Positions 44,996 through 55,399 of a DNA stretch of 63,917 bases are shown piece after piece (positions within the stretch are counted from its first letter, which is position 1; every line of letters begins with the position of its first letter). Location of the stretch: contig JBAPWO010000138.1 in the NCBI GenBank assembly GCA_049283735.1, positions 1 through 63,917 on the forward strand. The letters are read 5' to 3'. The notes under the pieces were generated by a model that had not been told where the DNA came from, searched no databases, and was given only the letters and a program-made list of their open reading frames with translations. Source of the stretch: Candidatus Dormiibacterota bacterium. GTDB taxonomy: Bacteria; Chloroflexota; Dormibacteria; Aeolococcales; Aeolococcaceae. The translations under genes and the position numbers were made by a program.

Positions 44996-45885
44996 TAGCG
45001 CACGCGGTCCCAGGGGCGCGCCGCCCGCAACGCCGAGAGGATCGCGCGTGTCGCCGGCGAGCGATTCATCGTGTAGAAATGCACGCCGGGTGCACCCCCC
45101 GCGAGCAGCTCGGCGCACTGGAGCGTGGCCCACGCCACCCCCAGCTGCAGCACCGCCTCGGGGTCGTCCTCGCGAGAGCGCAACGCCTCGAGGAGCGGCT
45201 CCGGGATGCTGGCGCCGATCTTCAACGTGAATCGGCGGATCTGGCCGACGTTGGTGACCGGCATGATGCCCGGGATGATCGGCACGGTCACCCCGGCGGC
45301 GCGCGCCCTCGGCACGAAATCGAAGTACGCCCGGTTGTCGAAGAAGAGGTTCGTGATCAGGTAGCTGGCGCCCGCGTCCTCCTTGCGCTTCGCGGAGCGG
45401 ACGTCCTCGTCGGCGTCCACCGACTCCGGGTGCTTCTCGGGGTAGCAGGCGCCGCCGACGCAGAACCCGTATCGCGCCGTGATCAGCTCCATCAGCTCGC
45501 TGCCGTGGGCGAGCCCGCCCGCACTGGCGACGAAGCGGTCGACACCGTCCGGGGGATCACCGCGCAGCGCGAGCACGTTGTCGATCCCCGCGTCGCGCAG
45601 CCCGTTGAGGATGCCCTGCAGGTCGTCGACGGTCGCGTCGACGCAGGTGAGGTGCGCGACCGGCTCGATGTCGAGCTCTCGACGGATGCGGGTCACGAGG
45701 TCGACGGTGCGCGTGCGCACCGAGCCCCCGGCGCCATACGTCACCGACACGAACGTCGGCTCCAGCTCACGCAGGTGTGAGATCGCCTCGAAGAGCTGGC
45801 GCACGCCGTCGTCGGTCTTCGGAGGAAAGAACTCGAACGAGAAGACGGGCTGCCGGCGGCCTTCGAGGACGGTGTCGAGACGCAT
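44995..45885 (-). CDS. metF: 5,10-methylenetetrahydrofolate reductase
   Basis: ATG 45885 (or 45897) inside track ORF 44995..47304. FSFEFFPPKT, VSVTYGAGG, LALRGD, YPEKHPE. Confidence 0.9.
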   Translation of the reverse strand: MRLDTVLEGRRQPVFSFEFFPPKTDDGVRQLFEAISHLRELEPTFVSVTYGAGGSVRTRTVDLVTRIRRELDIEPVAHLTCVDATVDDLQGILNGLRDAGIDNVLALRGDPPDGVDRFVASAGGLAHGSELMELITARYGFCVGGACYPEKHPESVDADEDVRSAKRKEDAGASYLITNLFFDNRAYFDFVPRARAAGVTVPIIPGIMPVTNVGQIRRFTLKIGASIPEPLLEALRSREDDPEAVLQLGVAWATLQCAELLAGGAPGVHFYTMNRSPATRAILSALRAARPWDRVR

Positions 45886-45912
45886 GGTGACCACCATGCT
45901 ACGGTCCGCCAA

Positions 45913-46956
45913 ATGCTTGCGGTGTACGCGTCGGCGGTCGGCGGCGATGACCCGCTGGCGAATCTCGCCGTCGGCGACCTGCCGGCACCGGTGCCGCGAG
46001 CGGGCTGGGCCCGGGTCAAGGTGCGTGTCGCATCGCTGAACCACCACGACATCTGGACCCTGCGCGGCGTGTCCTCGTCGGAGGTCACCCCGCCGCAGAT
46101 CCTCGGCTGCGACGCTGCCGGCGAGGTCGACGGGTACGGCGGCGAGCCGCCATCGGGCGCGCCGGCGGTGGGGGCGAGGGTCGTCGTCTACCCGATCGTC
46201 ACCTGCGGACAGTGCCCGGCCTGCCTCGCCGACGAGCCGCTGGGCTGCCGGTCCTTCCGCATGCTCAGCGAGGCACCACTCGGCGGTGCGCTCGCAGAGT
46301 ACGTCGAAATCCCGGTCGCGAATCTCGTCGCGCTGCCCGACCAGGTCAGCTTCGCCGACGCGGCATGCCTGCCCACCGCCTACCTGACCGCATATCGAGC
46401 GCTCTTCGTTCGGGCCGCTCTGCGGCCCGGGATGAGCGTGCTCGTGCAGGGGGCAAGTGGCGGCGTCGCAACAGCGTGCATCCTGCTCGGACGGCTCGCA
46501 GGCATCACTGTCTATGCGACGTCGCGCGATGAGGCGAAACGGGCATTCGCCGTCGACCTCGGCGCCGAGGCGGCGTTCCCGGTGGAACGCCAGACGGCGC
46601 GTGCGGTCGTCGGTGCGACCGGCGGCATCGGCGTGGACGCCGTCGTCGACACGGTCGGCGAGCCGACCTGGGACCTGAGCCTCCGCGCGGTGAAACCGGG
46701 GGGCGTCGTCGTCGTCCCGGGATCGACCGGCGGTCCGAACCCGCCGGCGCAGCTCAACCGGATCTTCTTCAGAAGCCTCACCATCGCCGGAACCACGATG
46801 GGAAGTCGTGGCGAGCTGCGACGCTTGGTCGATCTGACCGCCACCGGCGCGCTCCGCCCCCTGATCGGATCGACGCATCCGCTGGGCGACGCCGCACGGG
46901 CGTTTGCCGAGATGGCGAGCGGCGACCTGCGCGGGAAGATCGTTCTCGAGGTGTGA
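45913..46956 (+). CDS. Zinc-type alcohol dehydrogenase/quinone oxidoreductase (MDR superfamily)
   Basis: 347 aa. Structural-zinc-like CGQCPACLADEPLGC. Nucleotide site VQGASGGVA. Confidence 0.8.
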   Translation: MLAVYASAVGGDDPLANLAVGDLPAPVPRAGWARVKVRVASLNHHDIWTLRGVSSSEVTPPQILGCDAAGEVDGYGGEPPSGAPAVGARVVVYPIVTCGQCPACLADEPLGCRSFRMLSEAPLGGALAEYVEIPVANLVALPDQVSFADAACLPTAYLTAYRALFVRAALRPGMSVLVQGASGGVATACILLGRLAGITVYATSRDEAKRAFAVDLGAEAAFPVERQTARAVVGATGGIGVDAVVDTVGEPTWDLSLRAVKPGGVVVVPGSTGGPNPPAQLNRIFFRSLTIAGTTMGSRGELRRLVDLTATGALRPLIGSTHPLGDAARAFAEMASGDLRGKIVLEV

Positions 46957-46961
46957 GCACA

Positions 46962-46981
46962 CGCGGCGAAGACCCGCCGCG
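46962..46981 (+). terminator. Hairpin after the dehydrogenase gene (7-bp stem, 6-nt loop)
   Basis: CGCGGCG-aagacc-CGCCGCG, starting 6 nt after stop 46956. Confidence 0.35.
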
Positions 46982-47276
46982 AAGCGTAGACGCCATGGAC
47001 GCGCGGTGTTACGGTTGCCCGGCTTCAGCGGTCCAGTGACCGCGGCGGACGGGGCCTCGTCCAGAAGGTGCAGTGGCGAGGTCCTGTCCGCGTCTCCAGG
47101 GTTGGTTGGAGACGGGTGCTCCGATCTCCGGAGCCCGGGGTTTGACGGGCCCCCGCCTCTCGAGGACAACCAACATGTTGTGGCATACTGGGCGTGCGAA
47201 CCCAGCATCTTGCGGTTTTGCGCCTGAAAACCCTTGTAGGGCGCACCCGCGACGGCTACACTCGGAGACCGATACA

Positions 47277-48512
47277 GTGACCCGTCCTCGCCGCGTCTTC
47301 GCACTCGATCTCGGAACCACCAAAGTCTGCTGCGCCGTCGCAGACCTTGAGACCACCGGTCTCCGAGTCCTGGGTGTCGGTATGGTCGCGTCGAGGGGGG
47401 TTCGCAAGGGGGCCGTCGTCGAGATCGACCGGGCTGCCGAGGCGGTCGCCGAGGCGGTCGACATGGCCGAGCAGATGTCCGGGGTGGCGATCGACTCCGC
47501 CGTGGTCGGGATCGCCGGCGGGCACATCACGTCGCAGAACAGCCGTGGCGTCGTGGCCGTCGAGGCGGGCCACCGCGAGGTTCGCGACCAGGACGTGCAT
47601 CGCGCCATCGACGCCGCGCGCGCGGTGAGCGTGCCCTCCGAGCGGCGCATCGTGCATGTGCTGCCGCAGCAGTTCACCATCGACGGGCAGGAGGGCGTGC
47701 GCGACGCCATCGGCATGGCCGGGAACCGGCTCGAGGTCGACGCGCACATCATCACCGGTGCCAACACCGCGATCCAGAACGTCGTCAAGGTCGTGCACAA
47801 GGCCGGACTCAACGTCGACGACATGGTGTTGCAGGTGCTCGCATCCGCTGAAGCGGTCGTCACCGAGGACGAGATCGAGCGCGGCGTCGTGGTGGTCGAC
47901 GTCGGCGGTGGTACCAGCGATATCGCGGTCTTCGCACGCGGCAGCATCGTGCACACCAGCGTGATTCCGGTCGGCGGCAACCACGTGACCGCGGACCTCG
48001 CGGTCGGGTTGCGCTGCGACCTCGAGACCGCCGAAACCGTGAAGCGCAACTTCGGTCACTGTCTGCAGCTCACGCTGCCCGCCGACGCGGAGGTGACCCT
48101 GACGCCGATGGGCTACGACGAGCCGGTCGGTGTGCCGCAACGCTATCTCGCGGAGATCATCGGGCCGCGCGCACGCGAGATGGCGTCGCTGATCGCCGCC
48201 GAGGTGGAGCGGGCCGGACCGCTCGGCATGTTCCCAGGTGGCATCGTGATCACCGGCGGGGGCGCGCTGCTCCGCGGGTTCGCGGAGATGGTGCAGCAGC
48301 AGACCAATCTTCCCGCGCGCGTCGCCGCACCGCAGGGATTGCACGGCATGAACGACGAGATCCGCGGGCCGAGTCACGCGACCGTGGTCGGTCTGCTGCG
48401 CTGGGGAGCCCGGAGCAACCTCGGACGCAAACCCTCGCGCTCCAACGGCAAGAGCTCGGACGGCCCTGCCGCCGGAGTCAAATTCTCGAGGTGGTTTCGT
48501 GACCTATTTTGA
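47277..48512 (+). CDS. ftsA: Cell-division protein FtsA
   Basis: GTG 47277 in track ORF 47073..48512. Actin-fold phosphate motifs ALDLGTTKV and [14 protein letters not shown]. Confidence 0.85.
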   Translation: MTRPRRVFALDLGTTKVCCAVADLETTGLRVLGVGMVASRGVRKGAVVEIDRAAEAVAEAVDMAEQMSGVAIDSAVVGIAGGHITSQNSRGVVAVEAGHREVRDQDVHRAIDAARAVSVPSERRIVHVLPQQFTIDGQEGVRDAIGMAGNRLEVDAHIITGANTAIQNVVKVVHKAGLNVDDMVLQVLASAEAVVTEDEIERGVVVVDVGGGTSDIAVFARGSIVHTSVIPVGGNHVTADLAVGLRCDLETAETVKRNFGHCLQLTLPADAEVTLTPMGYDEPVGVPQRYLAEIIGPRAREMASLIAAEVERAGPLGMFPGGIVITGGGALLRGFAEMVQQQTNLPARVAAPQGLHGMNDEIRGPSHATVVGLLRWGARSNLGRKPSRSNGKSSDGPAAGVKFSRWFRDLF

Positions 48513-48624
48513 TCATCTGCGCACTCAGGGACTCGACCAACCTGGGGATGCACTGGCCCGCCGGAGATCGTCACAGCATTCGCCCCCAACCCGAGAAACG
48601 CCAACGCAACGCGAGGAGAAACTC

Positions 48625-49731
48625 ATGGCAGACCTCGACCGGACACTTGAAGGCAACGCCCGCATCCGCGTCGTGGGGGTCGGCGGCGGCGGCAGCAATG
48701 CCGTGAACCGCATGATCCGGAGCAACCTCAAGGGCGTTGAGTTCATCGCGATCAACACCGACCACCAGGCGCTCAGTTCGTCCTCCGCGCATCTCAAGAT
48801 CCGCATCGGCGGCAAGCTCACTCGCGGGCTCGGCGCCGGCGGCGATCCTCAGAAGGGACAGGACGCAGCCGAGGAGTCGCGTGACGAGCTCACCAAGGCG
48901 CTGGCGGACAGCGACATGGTGTTCATCACCGCCGGCATGGGCGGTGGCACCGGCACCGGCGCCGCGCCGATCATCGCGGAGATCGCTCGCGAGACCGGAG
49001 CGCTGACCATCGGCGTGGTGACCAAGCCCTTCCGGTTCGAGGGTCTGCGCCGTCAGAAGTCGGCCGAGGAGGGCATCGCCAACCTCCAGGGTCGCGTCGA
49101 CACGCTCATCACCATCCCGAACGAGCGGCTCATGCAGGTCGTCGACAAGAAGACTCCGATCGGCGACGCGTTCAAGGTTGCCGACGATGTGCTCCGTCAG
49201 GGCGTGCAGGGCATCAGCGACCTCATCGTCTTCCCCGGACTGATCAACCTCGACTTCGCGGACGTGAAGACGATCATGCAGGGCCAGGGGCAGGCGCTCA
49301 TGGGCATCGGATTCGGCAGCGGCGACACGCGCGCCGCGGACGCCGCGAAGGACGCGGTCGCGAGCCCACTCCTCGAGACCACCATCGCCGGCGCCAAGGG
49401 CATCCTGCTCAACGTCACCGGCGGACCGGACCTCACCCTCTACGAGGTGAATGAGGCGGCGCAGCTGGTGAGTGAGTCGGCGGACTCCGACGCGCAGATC
49501 ATCTTCGGCACGGTCATCGACGAGCACATGAAGGGCGAGGTGAAGATCACCGTGATCGCCACCGGGTTCACCGGCCAGATCGATGTGATCGGCACGCTCA
49601 GCTACGAGCCGTCGGCGCGCCCCGTGGTCTCCGACCAGCGGCAACCGGCCTTCACGGTCGGCGGCAGGCCGACGGGTCCATACAGCGTCGACGACCTCGA
49701 CATCCCCGCGTTTCTGAGGGACCGTCGGTAG
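48625..49731 (+). CDS. ftsZ: Cell-division GTPase FtsZ
   Basis: ATG 48625 with GAGGAG upstream, in track ORF 48499..49731. [23 protein letters not shown], and the C-terminal DIPAFLR peptide. Confidence 0.95.
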   Translation: MADLDRTLEGNARIRVVGVGGGGSNAVNRMIRSNLKGVEFIAINTDHQALSSSSAHLKIRIGGKLTRGLGAGGDPQKGQDAAEESRDELTKALADSDMVFITAGMGGGTGTGAAPIIAEIARETGALTIGVVTKPFRFEGLRRQKSAEEGIANLQGRVDTLITIPNERLMQVVDKKTPIGDAFKVADDVLRQGVQGISDLIVFPGLINLDFADVKTIMQGQGQALMGIGFGSGDTRAADAAKDAVASPLLETTIAGAKGILLNVTGGPDLTLYEVNEAAQLVSESADSDAQIIFGTVIDEHMKGEVKITVIATGFTGQIDVIGTLSYEPSARPVVSDQRQPAFTVGGRPTGPYSVDDLDIPAFLRDRR

Positions 49732-49807
49732 GTTTGGGTTCGGTGCGGCGCCGGCCGGCGCAACGCGGTCGTCCGGCGCTGCAGACCAAGCCTATAGGGG
49801 GCAGCAG

Positions 49808-50347
49808 GTGAAGTGCCCGTTCTGCGGCGAGACGGACATCAAGGTCGTCGACTCGCGCGATTCCGAAACCGGTGAGGCGATTCGCCGCCGTCGGGAATGC
49901 CTCGGCTGCGGGAAGCGTTTCACCACCTACGAGCGTGTCGAGGCGCCGCCGCTGTACGTTGTCAAGAAGGATGGCAGGCGCGAGGAGTTCAGTCGTTCGA
50001 AGCTTCTGTCGGGGCTCGTGATGGCGTCGAAGAAGACGCGGCTTGCTCCGGCGAATCTCGAGTTGATGGTGGCGGAGATCGAGAACGCACTGCGCAGCCA
50101 GAACCTGACGGAGGTACCCAGCCGTGAGGTCGGCGCCATGGTGATGGCGCGATTGCGTGACGTCGACGAGATCGCATACATTCGATTCGCTTCGGTGTAT
50201 CGATCCTTCAAGGATGCGCAGGAGATGCGCGCAACCATCGAGGATGTGCTCGCGCATCCTCCTGGCACGCGCCCGGATTCCGCGCGCCGGCAGCGCAAGC
50301 GCCGTGACACCGAAGGTAGAGAGTTACCCCTCGACATGGGCAAGTGA
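49808..50347 (+). CDS. nrdR: Transcriptional repressor NrdR
   Basis: 179 aa, GTG start. Zinc ribbon CPFCG...CLGCGKRFTTYE plus ATP-cone. Confidence 0.9.
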   Translation: MKCPFCGETDIKVVDSRDSETGEAIRRRRECLGCGKRFTTYERVEAPPLYVVKKDGRREEFSRSKLLSGLVMASKKTRLAPANLELMVAEIENALRSQNLTEVPSREVGAMVMARLRDVDEIAYIRFASVYRSFKDAQEMRATIEDVLAHPPGTRPDSARRQRKRRDTEGRELPLDMGK

Positions 50348-50348
50348 A

Positions 50349-51053
50349 ATGGCGGTGGTGGAGGAGGATTCGCCGCTGGCGGACCGGCTCGAGGCGGTGC
50401 GTGCCCGGATCGAGGCTGCCGCGGCGCGCTCCAACCGCGACCCACTCGAGGTGCGCCTGATCGCCGTGACCAAAGGGATGCCCGCCGCCCGTGTCGACGA
50501 GGTGATCGCCGCGGGCGTCGGGGACATCGGCGAGAACCGGATCCAGGAGGCCGCCGACAAGCAGCGTGAGGTGCGCAGCCCTGCGCGCTGGCACCTGATC
50601 GGCCACCTGCAGACCAACAAGGCCGGACGCGCGGCAACGCTGTTCGACTTCATCCATTCGGTCGACAGCACGCGCGTCGCGGATGCGCTGTCCGCACATC
50701 GACCCGCGGGACGTGATCCCCTCGGCGTCCTGCTCGAGGTCGAGTTGACCGGCCTGCCAACCCGGTACGGTGTCGCTGAACCGGATGTCGAGGGAGTGGT
50801 GCAGCGGCTCGTCAACGTCTCGTCGCTGCACCTCATGGGGCTGATGACCATCGCTCCGTATTCCGAGGATCCCGAGGGGTCGCGCGCCACGTTCACGCGG
50901 CTCCGTCGCCTGCGCGACCACATGGAGCACGTGACCGGTTGGGCCCTCCCCGAGCTCAGCATGGGCATGAGCGACGACTTCGAGATCGCAATCGAAGAGG
51001 GCGCCACCATGGTGCGGATCGGTCGAGCGATCTTCGGCGAGCGGCCGGCGTAG
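50349..51053 (+). CDS. yggS: YggS-family pyridoxal-phosphate homeostasis protein
   Basis: ATG 50349 in track ORF 50157..51053. LIAVTKG (PLP Lys), HLIGHLQTNK, LSMGMSDDFE. Confidence 0.85.
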   Translation: MAVVEEDSPLADRLEAVRARIEAAAARSNRDPLEVRLIAVTKGMPAARVDEVIAAGVGDIGENRIQEAADKQREVRSPARWHLIGHLQTNKAGRAATLFDFIHSVDSTRVADALSAHRPAGRDPLGVLLEVELTGLPTRYGVAEPDVEGVVQRLVNVSSLHLMGLMTIAPYSEDPEGSRATFTRLRRLRDHMEHVTGWALPELSMGMSDDFEIAIEEGATMVRIGRAIFGERPA

Positions 51054-51102
51054 AGAGCGCGCGACGATTCGGGAGCCAACGATCTGCCGGTATCCTTGAG
51101 CG

Positions 51103-54000
51103 ATGCCCAGGTATTCGGCCGTCAGCGCCCGCGCGGGTTTTCCCGAGGCGGAGCTCGAGATCCTCGAGCTCTGGCAACGCACCCGCGTCTTCGAGCGCAG
51201 CCTGGCGATGCGTCGCGACGCGCCCCCGTACGTGTTCTACGAGGGACCGCCAACAGCCAACGGGCTGCCGGGTCTCCACCACGTGCTCGCCAGGTCGTAC
51301 AAGGACGTGTTCGCACGCTACAAGCAGATGACCGGGTTCTCGGTGGCTCGAAAGGCCGGGTGGGACACCCACGGACTCCCCGTCGAGCTCGAGATCGAGC
51401 GCGCTCTGAAGATCAGCGGCAAGAAGCAGATCGAGGAGTACGGGATCGCGGAGTTCAACGCGCGCTGCAAGGCGTCGGTGAACGAGTACATCGACCAGTG
51501 GCGCGAGATGAGCGAACGCCTTGGCTTCTGGCTCGACTTCGACCATCCCTACCGCACCTATGACGGCACCTACATCGAATCGGTGTGGTGGAGCCTGAAG
51601 GAGCTCTGGGAGGACGAGCGGCTCTATCAGGGTTACAAGGTCACGCCGTACTGCCCGCGCTGTCAAACCACGCTGTCCTCGCACGAGCTGAGCCAGGGAT
51701 ATGCGGAGGACACGCCCGATCCATCCGTTTACGTCAAGTTCCGCCTCAACGACTCGGACGACAAGACCTTCCTGCTGGCCTGGACGACGACGCCATGGAC
51801 GCTCCCCGGCAATGTCGCGCTCGCGGTCCATTCCGGCAAACGCTACGTCCGGGTCGCGCAGGGCGACGAGTCGTACATCCTCGCCAAACAGCGACTCGAC
51901 GTGCTCGAGGGACCATACGAAGTCCTCGACGAGATGGATGGCGCGGACCTCGTCGACAGCACCTACGAGCCGCTGTTCACCGACATGCTCCCGGAAGGCC
52001 TCGCGTTTGTCGTGCTCGACGCACCCGAGCTGGTGAGCATGGACGAGGGCACCGGAATCGTCCACACCGCCGCGGCATACGGCGTCGCCGACCTCGAGCT
52101 CTGCCAGCGCATGGGCGTCGCCATCCGTCACGTGGTCGGGCTCGACGGACGGTTCCTGGACGGCCAGACACGATACCGGGGGATGTTCGTCAAGGACGCC
52201 GATCCGAAGATCATCGAGGACCTCCGCGAGCAGGGCAGTCTCTACCGAGCCGAGCGGATCCTGCACACGTACCCCTTCTGCTGGCGCTGCGACACGCCGC
52301 TGCTCTATTACGCGATCACGTCCTGGTTCATACGCACCACCGCCGTGAAGGATCGCCTGCTCGCTCACAACCGCAGCGTGCACTGGCAGCCGGAGCACAT
52401 CCGAGACGGCCGCATGGGCAACTGGCTCGAGAGCCTCATCGACTGGAACCTGTCGCGAAGCAGGTACTGGGGCACCCCGCTCCCGATCTGGGTCTGCGAG
52501 GAGTGCGATCAAAAGTTCTGCGCCGGGAGCGCGGCCGAGGTTGGATTGACGGTGGACGACGATCTCCACCGGCCGTTCATCGACGAGGTCACGCTCCCGT
52601 GCACCGCCTGCGCCGGAGTGATGCGTCGAGTTCCCGACGTCATCGACGCCTGGTACGACTCCGGAGCGATGCCCTTTGCGCAAAAGCATTACCCATTCGA
52701 GAATCGAGAGCTGTTCGAGCGCACTCATCCCGCGGACTTCATCTGCGAGGGAGTCGACCAGACCCGCGGCTGGTTCTTTTCGCTGCTCGCCGAGTCCACG
52801 CTGCTGTTCGACCTGCCTGCCTATAGGAATTGCGTGGTGGTGGGAACGCTGCAGGACAAGCACGGCAAGAAGATGTCGAAGTCGCGTGGCAATACGATCG
52901 AACCGAGCACCATCTTCGATCAGTTCGGTGCCGACGCCGCACGCTGGTACTTCTATGCGCAGGGCGTCGAGAACGCCGAGCTGCGCGTGAGCCCGGCGTC
53001 GTTCCAGGACGTGGTGCGGCTCTTCATGCTGACGCTCTGGAATGTGTACTCGTTCTTCGTCACCTACGCGCTGACCGACGGGTACGACCCGGCATCGGCA
53101 GCCCCCGCGGTCATCGAGCGCCCGGTGCTCGACCGCTGGTGTCTTTCGCGATTGGCCGAGACGGTCGATGGAGTTCGCGAGGCGATGGAGCGCTACGACG
53201 CGTCGGACGCTGTCCACGCCGTCGAGGCGTTCGTCGAGGATCTCTCCAAGTGGTACGTGCGCCGTTCACGCCGCCGCTTCTGGAAGAGTGCCGGGAGCAG
53301 TGACGACGCCCAGGCAGCGTTCGCGACGCTGAACACGGTGTTGCTGACGCTGTCGGGGCTGGTCGCGCCGTTCATGCCCTTCATGGCGGAGCGCATGTAC
53401 CGCAACCTCAGCGGCTTCAACGGCGACCCGCCTTCGGCGCCGGGAGTGCCCGACTCGGTGCACCTCACCGACTACCCCAAGGTGGCGGGGGCGTGGCGTG
53501 ACCCCGACGTTCTCATCGAGATGAGCCGGCTGCGCAGGCTCGTCGAGGATGGGCTCGCCGCGCGCACGACCGCCGGCGTGCGCGTCCGCCAGCCGCTCGC
53601 CACCGCGACGATCGCGAGCGCCCCACTCGACCCCGAGCTCGAGGCGATCTTCATGGAGGAGCTCAATGTCAAGGGCGTGCGCTACGCGGACCCCGACGGC
53701 GGGCGCGCCCTGGTCGTCCTCGACACCACGATCACCGATGAGCTTCGCCTCGAGTGGCTGGCGCGCGAAGTCAGCCGCAAGGTCAACGAGCTGCGCAAGC
53801 AGGCGGGGCTCCGGGTCGAGGATCGGATCACGCTGCTGGTCGACGCCGATGGCGACGCGCGGCGCGCGCTCGACGCATATCGCGACTGGTTGCAGGGGGA
53901 GACGCTCGCGCTGGCGATCGAGGACCGGCGCGGAGAAGCGCTCGCCGAGTGGGAAGGCGAGCTGGGAGGCGCACGGTGCTGGCTGGGAGTACGGCGGTAG
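51103..54000 (+). CDS. ileS: Isoleucine--tRNA ligase (type 2, Thermus-like architecture)
   Basis: 965 aa. Near-collinear with my memory of T. thermophilus IleRS: YEGPPTANGLP..., GWDTHGLPVE, WTTTPWTLPGN, KMSKS. Confidence 0.95.
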   Translation: MPRYSAVSARAGFPEAELEILELWQRTRVFERSLAMRRDAPPYVFYEGPPTANGLPGLHHVLARSYKDVFARYKQMTGFSVARKAGWDTHGLPVELEIERALKISGKKQIEEYGIAEFNARCKASVNEYIDQWREMSERLGFWLDFDHPYRTYDGTYIESVWWSLKELWEDERLYQGYKVTPYCPRCQTTLSSHELSQGYAEDTPDPSVYVKFRLNDSDDKTFLLAWTTTPWTLPGNVALAVHSGKRYVRVAQGDESYILAKQRLDVLEGPYEVLDEMDGADLVDSTYEPLFTDMLPEGLAFVVLDAPELVSMDEGTGIVHTAAAYGVADLELCQRMGVAIRHVVGLDGRFLDGQTRYRGMFVKDADPKIIEDLREQGSLYRAERILHTYPFCWRCDTPLLYYAITSWFIRTTAVKDRLLAHNRSVHWQPEHIRDGRMGNWLESLIDWNLSRSRYWGTPLPIWVCEECDQKFCAGSAAEVGLTVDDDLHRPFIDEVTLPCTACAGVMRRVPDVIDAWYDSGAMPFAQKHYPFENRELFERTHPADFICEGVDQTRGWFFSLLAESTLLFDLPAYRNCVVVGTLQDKHGKKMSKSRGNTIEPSTIFDQFGADAARWYFYAQGVENAELRVSPASFQDVVRLFMLTLWNVYSFFVTYALTDGYDPASAAPAVIERPVLDRWCLSRLAETVDGVREAMERYDASDAVHAVEAFVEDLSKWYVRRSRRRFWKSAGSSDDAQAAFATLNTVLLTLSGLVAPFMPFMAERMYRNLSGFNGDPPSAPGVPDSVHLTDYPKVAGAWRDPDVLIEMSRLRRLVEDGLAARTTAGVRVRQPLATATIASAPLDPELEAIFMEELNVKGVRYADPDGGRALVVLDTTITDELRLEWLAREVSRKVNELRKQAGLRVEDRITLLVDADGDARRALDAYRDWLQGETLALAIEDRRGEALAEWEGELGGARCWLGVRR

Positions 54001-54485
54001 CGGCCGCCCCGCGCACCTCGCGGCGGCGGATCTACGCAGTGATGCTCGGTACCGCCGCGATTGTGGCGCTGGTCGACCACATCACCAAGTGGCTCGTGGC
54101 TTCGCAAATCCCCCTCGGACAGCAGATCTGGCGCGGCTCGTTCGTGTCCATCGACCATGTCGAGAACAGCGGCGCCGCGTTCAGCGTGCTTCCCCAGCTG
54201 CACTGGCTCTACCTCGCGGTCGCGCTGATCGTGAGCCTCTACATCGCGTTTGCGGGCTACCGGTACGGGACCACGTGGTATCGCCAGGTCCTGCTCGGCA
54301 TGATCCTCGGCGGAGCGCTGTCCAACGGGGTCGACCGGCTCGTGCAGGGGGCGGTCGTCGACTTCATCGACTTCCACTTCTGGCCGGTGTTCAACGTGGC
54401 CGACAGTTGCATCGTCGTCGCGATCGTGCTCCTGCTCGTGCTCAGTTTCGTCCCGTCGTCACACCCATCCTCGGCGCGATCATGA
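53976..54485 (+). CDS. lspA: Lipoprotein signal peptidase II
   Basis: GTG 53976 overlaps the ileS end and keeps the RRR plus TM1 N-terminus. ATG 54042 is the alternative. VENSGAAFS and FNVADSCI. Confidence 0.8.
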   Translation: MLAGSTAVAAAPRTSRRRIYAVMLGTAAIVALVDHITKWLVASQIPLGQQIWRGSFVSIDHVENSGAAFSVLPQLHWLYLAVALIVSLYIAFAGYRYGTTWYRQVLLGMILGGALSNGVDRLVQGAVVDFIDFHFWPVFNVADSCIVVAIVLLLVLSFVPSSHPSSARS

Positions 54486-55399
54486 GCGCCGGCATCGTGT
54501 CGGTCGTCACGCCGCGGCTCGACGTGTGGCTCGCCGACGCCCGAGGGATCACGCGCCACGCCGCCCGGACCCTTATCGACGCAGGTCTGGTGACCGTCGA
54601 CGGGCGACCGGGCAGACCAGGGCAGCGCGTTCGCGACAGCGCCGGCGTCGTGGTCACGCCTGCGGTTTCGTACGGCATCACCACGGGGTCGCGCTCCCCG
54701 TCGATCGCCCCGCCGGTCAGCGGCCTGTGCATCCTCGATGAGGACGACTGGCTCGCCGTGGTCGACAAGCCGTCCGGCATGGTCGTCCACCCTGCCCCAG
54801 GCCATCCCACAGGGACCCTCGCCGACGCACTCAAGGAGCGGGGGACGACCTGGTCGTTGCTCGGCGGCGCGGAGCGCGCGGGGATCGTGCACCGGCTCGA
54901 CCGCGACACGAGCGGACTGCTGGTGGTGGCGAAGACCGAGGCCGCGCACCGCAGCCTGGCCCGGCAGCTCAGCGACCGCTCACTCGGGCGGACCTACTGG
55001 GCGCTCGTGCACGGTGGCTTCCGGGAGGACACGGGGACCATCGACGCGCCGATCGCCCGTCACCCTCGCGACCGCAGGCGCATGGCGATCGTCGAAGGGG
55101 GCCGCGAGGCGATCACCGATTTTCGCGTCCTCGAGCGTCTCAGCGGGGCGACGGTCCTCGAGGTCTCGTTGCGGACGGGACGCACCCACCAGATTCGCGT
55201 GCACCTCGCCTCGATCGGGCATGCGATCGTCGGTGACGTGGTCTACGGGCGCCCCGACACGACGCTCCCGCGTCCGGCACTGCACGCCATGCGCCTGCGC
55301 CTCCGCCATCCTGCCGACGGTACCGAGCGGTCGTACGAGTCGCCGATCCCGGTGGAGCTGATCGCCGCCACCGACCGTCTGCGTCCCGCGCCCGCATGA
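54482..55399 (+). CDS. rluD: RluA-family 23S rRNA pseudouridine synthase (RluD-like, N-terminal S4 domain)
   Basis: ATG 54482 (ATGA overlap) in track ORF 53549..55399. Catalytic HRLDRDTSGLLVVAK. Confidence 0.85.
   Translation: MSAGIVSVVTPRLDVWLADARGITRHAARTLIDAGLVTVDGRPGRPGQRVRDSAGVVVTPAVSYGITTGSRSPSIAPPVSGLCILDEDDWLAVVDKPSGMVVHPAPGHPTGTLADALKERGTTWSLLGGAERAGIVHRLDRDTSGLLVVAKTEAAHRSLARQLSDRSLGRTYWALVHGGFREDTGTIDAPIARHPRDRRRMAIVEGGREAITDFRVLERLSGATVLEVSLRTGRTHQIRVHLASIGHAIVGDVVYGRPDTTLPRPALHAMRLRLRHPADGTERSYESPIPVELIAATDRLRPAPA

Noticed and set aside
45886-47304. Upstream 470 codons of the 769-aa minus-strand ORF that contains metF
   Set aside because: The MetF homology is complete from ATG 45885. 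The rest is antisense to the dehydrogenase gene and the ftsA leader, and it is low-complexity.
49748-49761. 14-nt perfect palindrome GCGCCGGCCGGCGC after ftsZ, considered as a terminator
   Set aside because: As a hairpin it gives only a 5-bp stem with a 4-nt loop and no U-tract. Such GC palindromes are expected by chance in this composition, so it is too weak to call.
51271-51282. IleRS class-I HIGH motif reads GLHH (PTANGLPGLHHV) instead of the HxGH I remember for Thermus IleRS (PHVGH)
   Set aside because: I suspect that PG(I/L)HH is a normal variant in a subgroup of type-2 IleRS enzymes. I cannot verify this without an alignment, so it is not reported as a finding.
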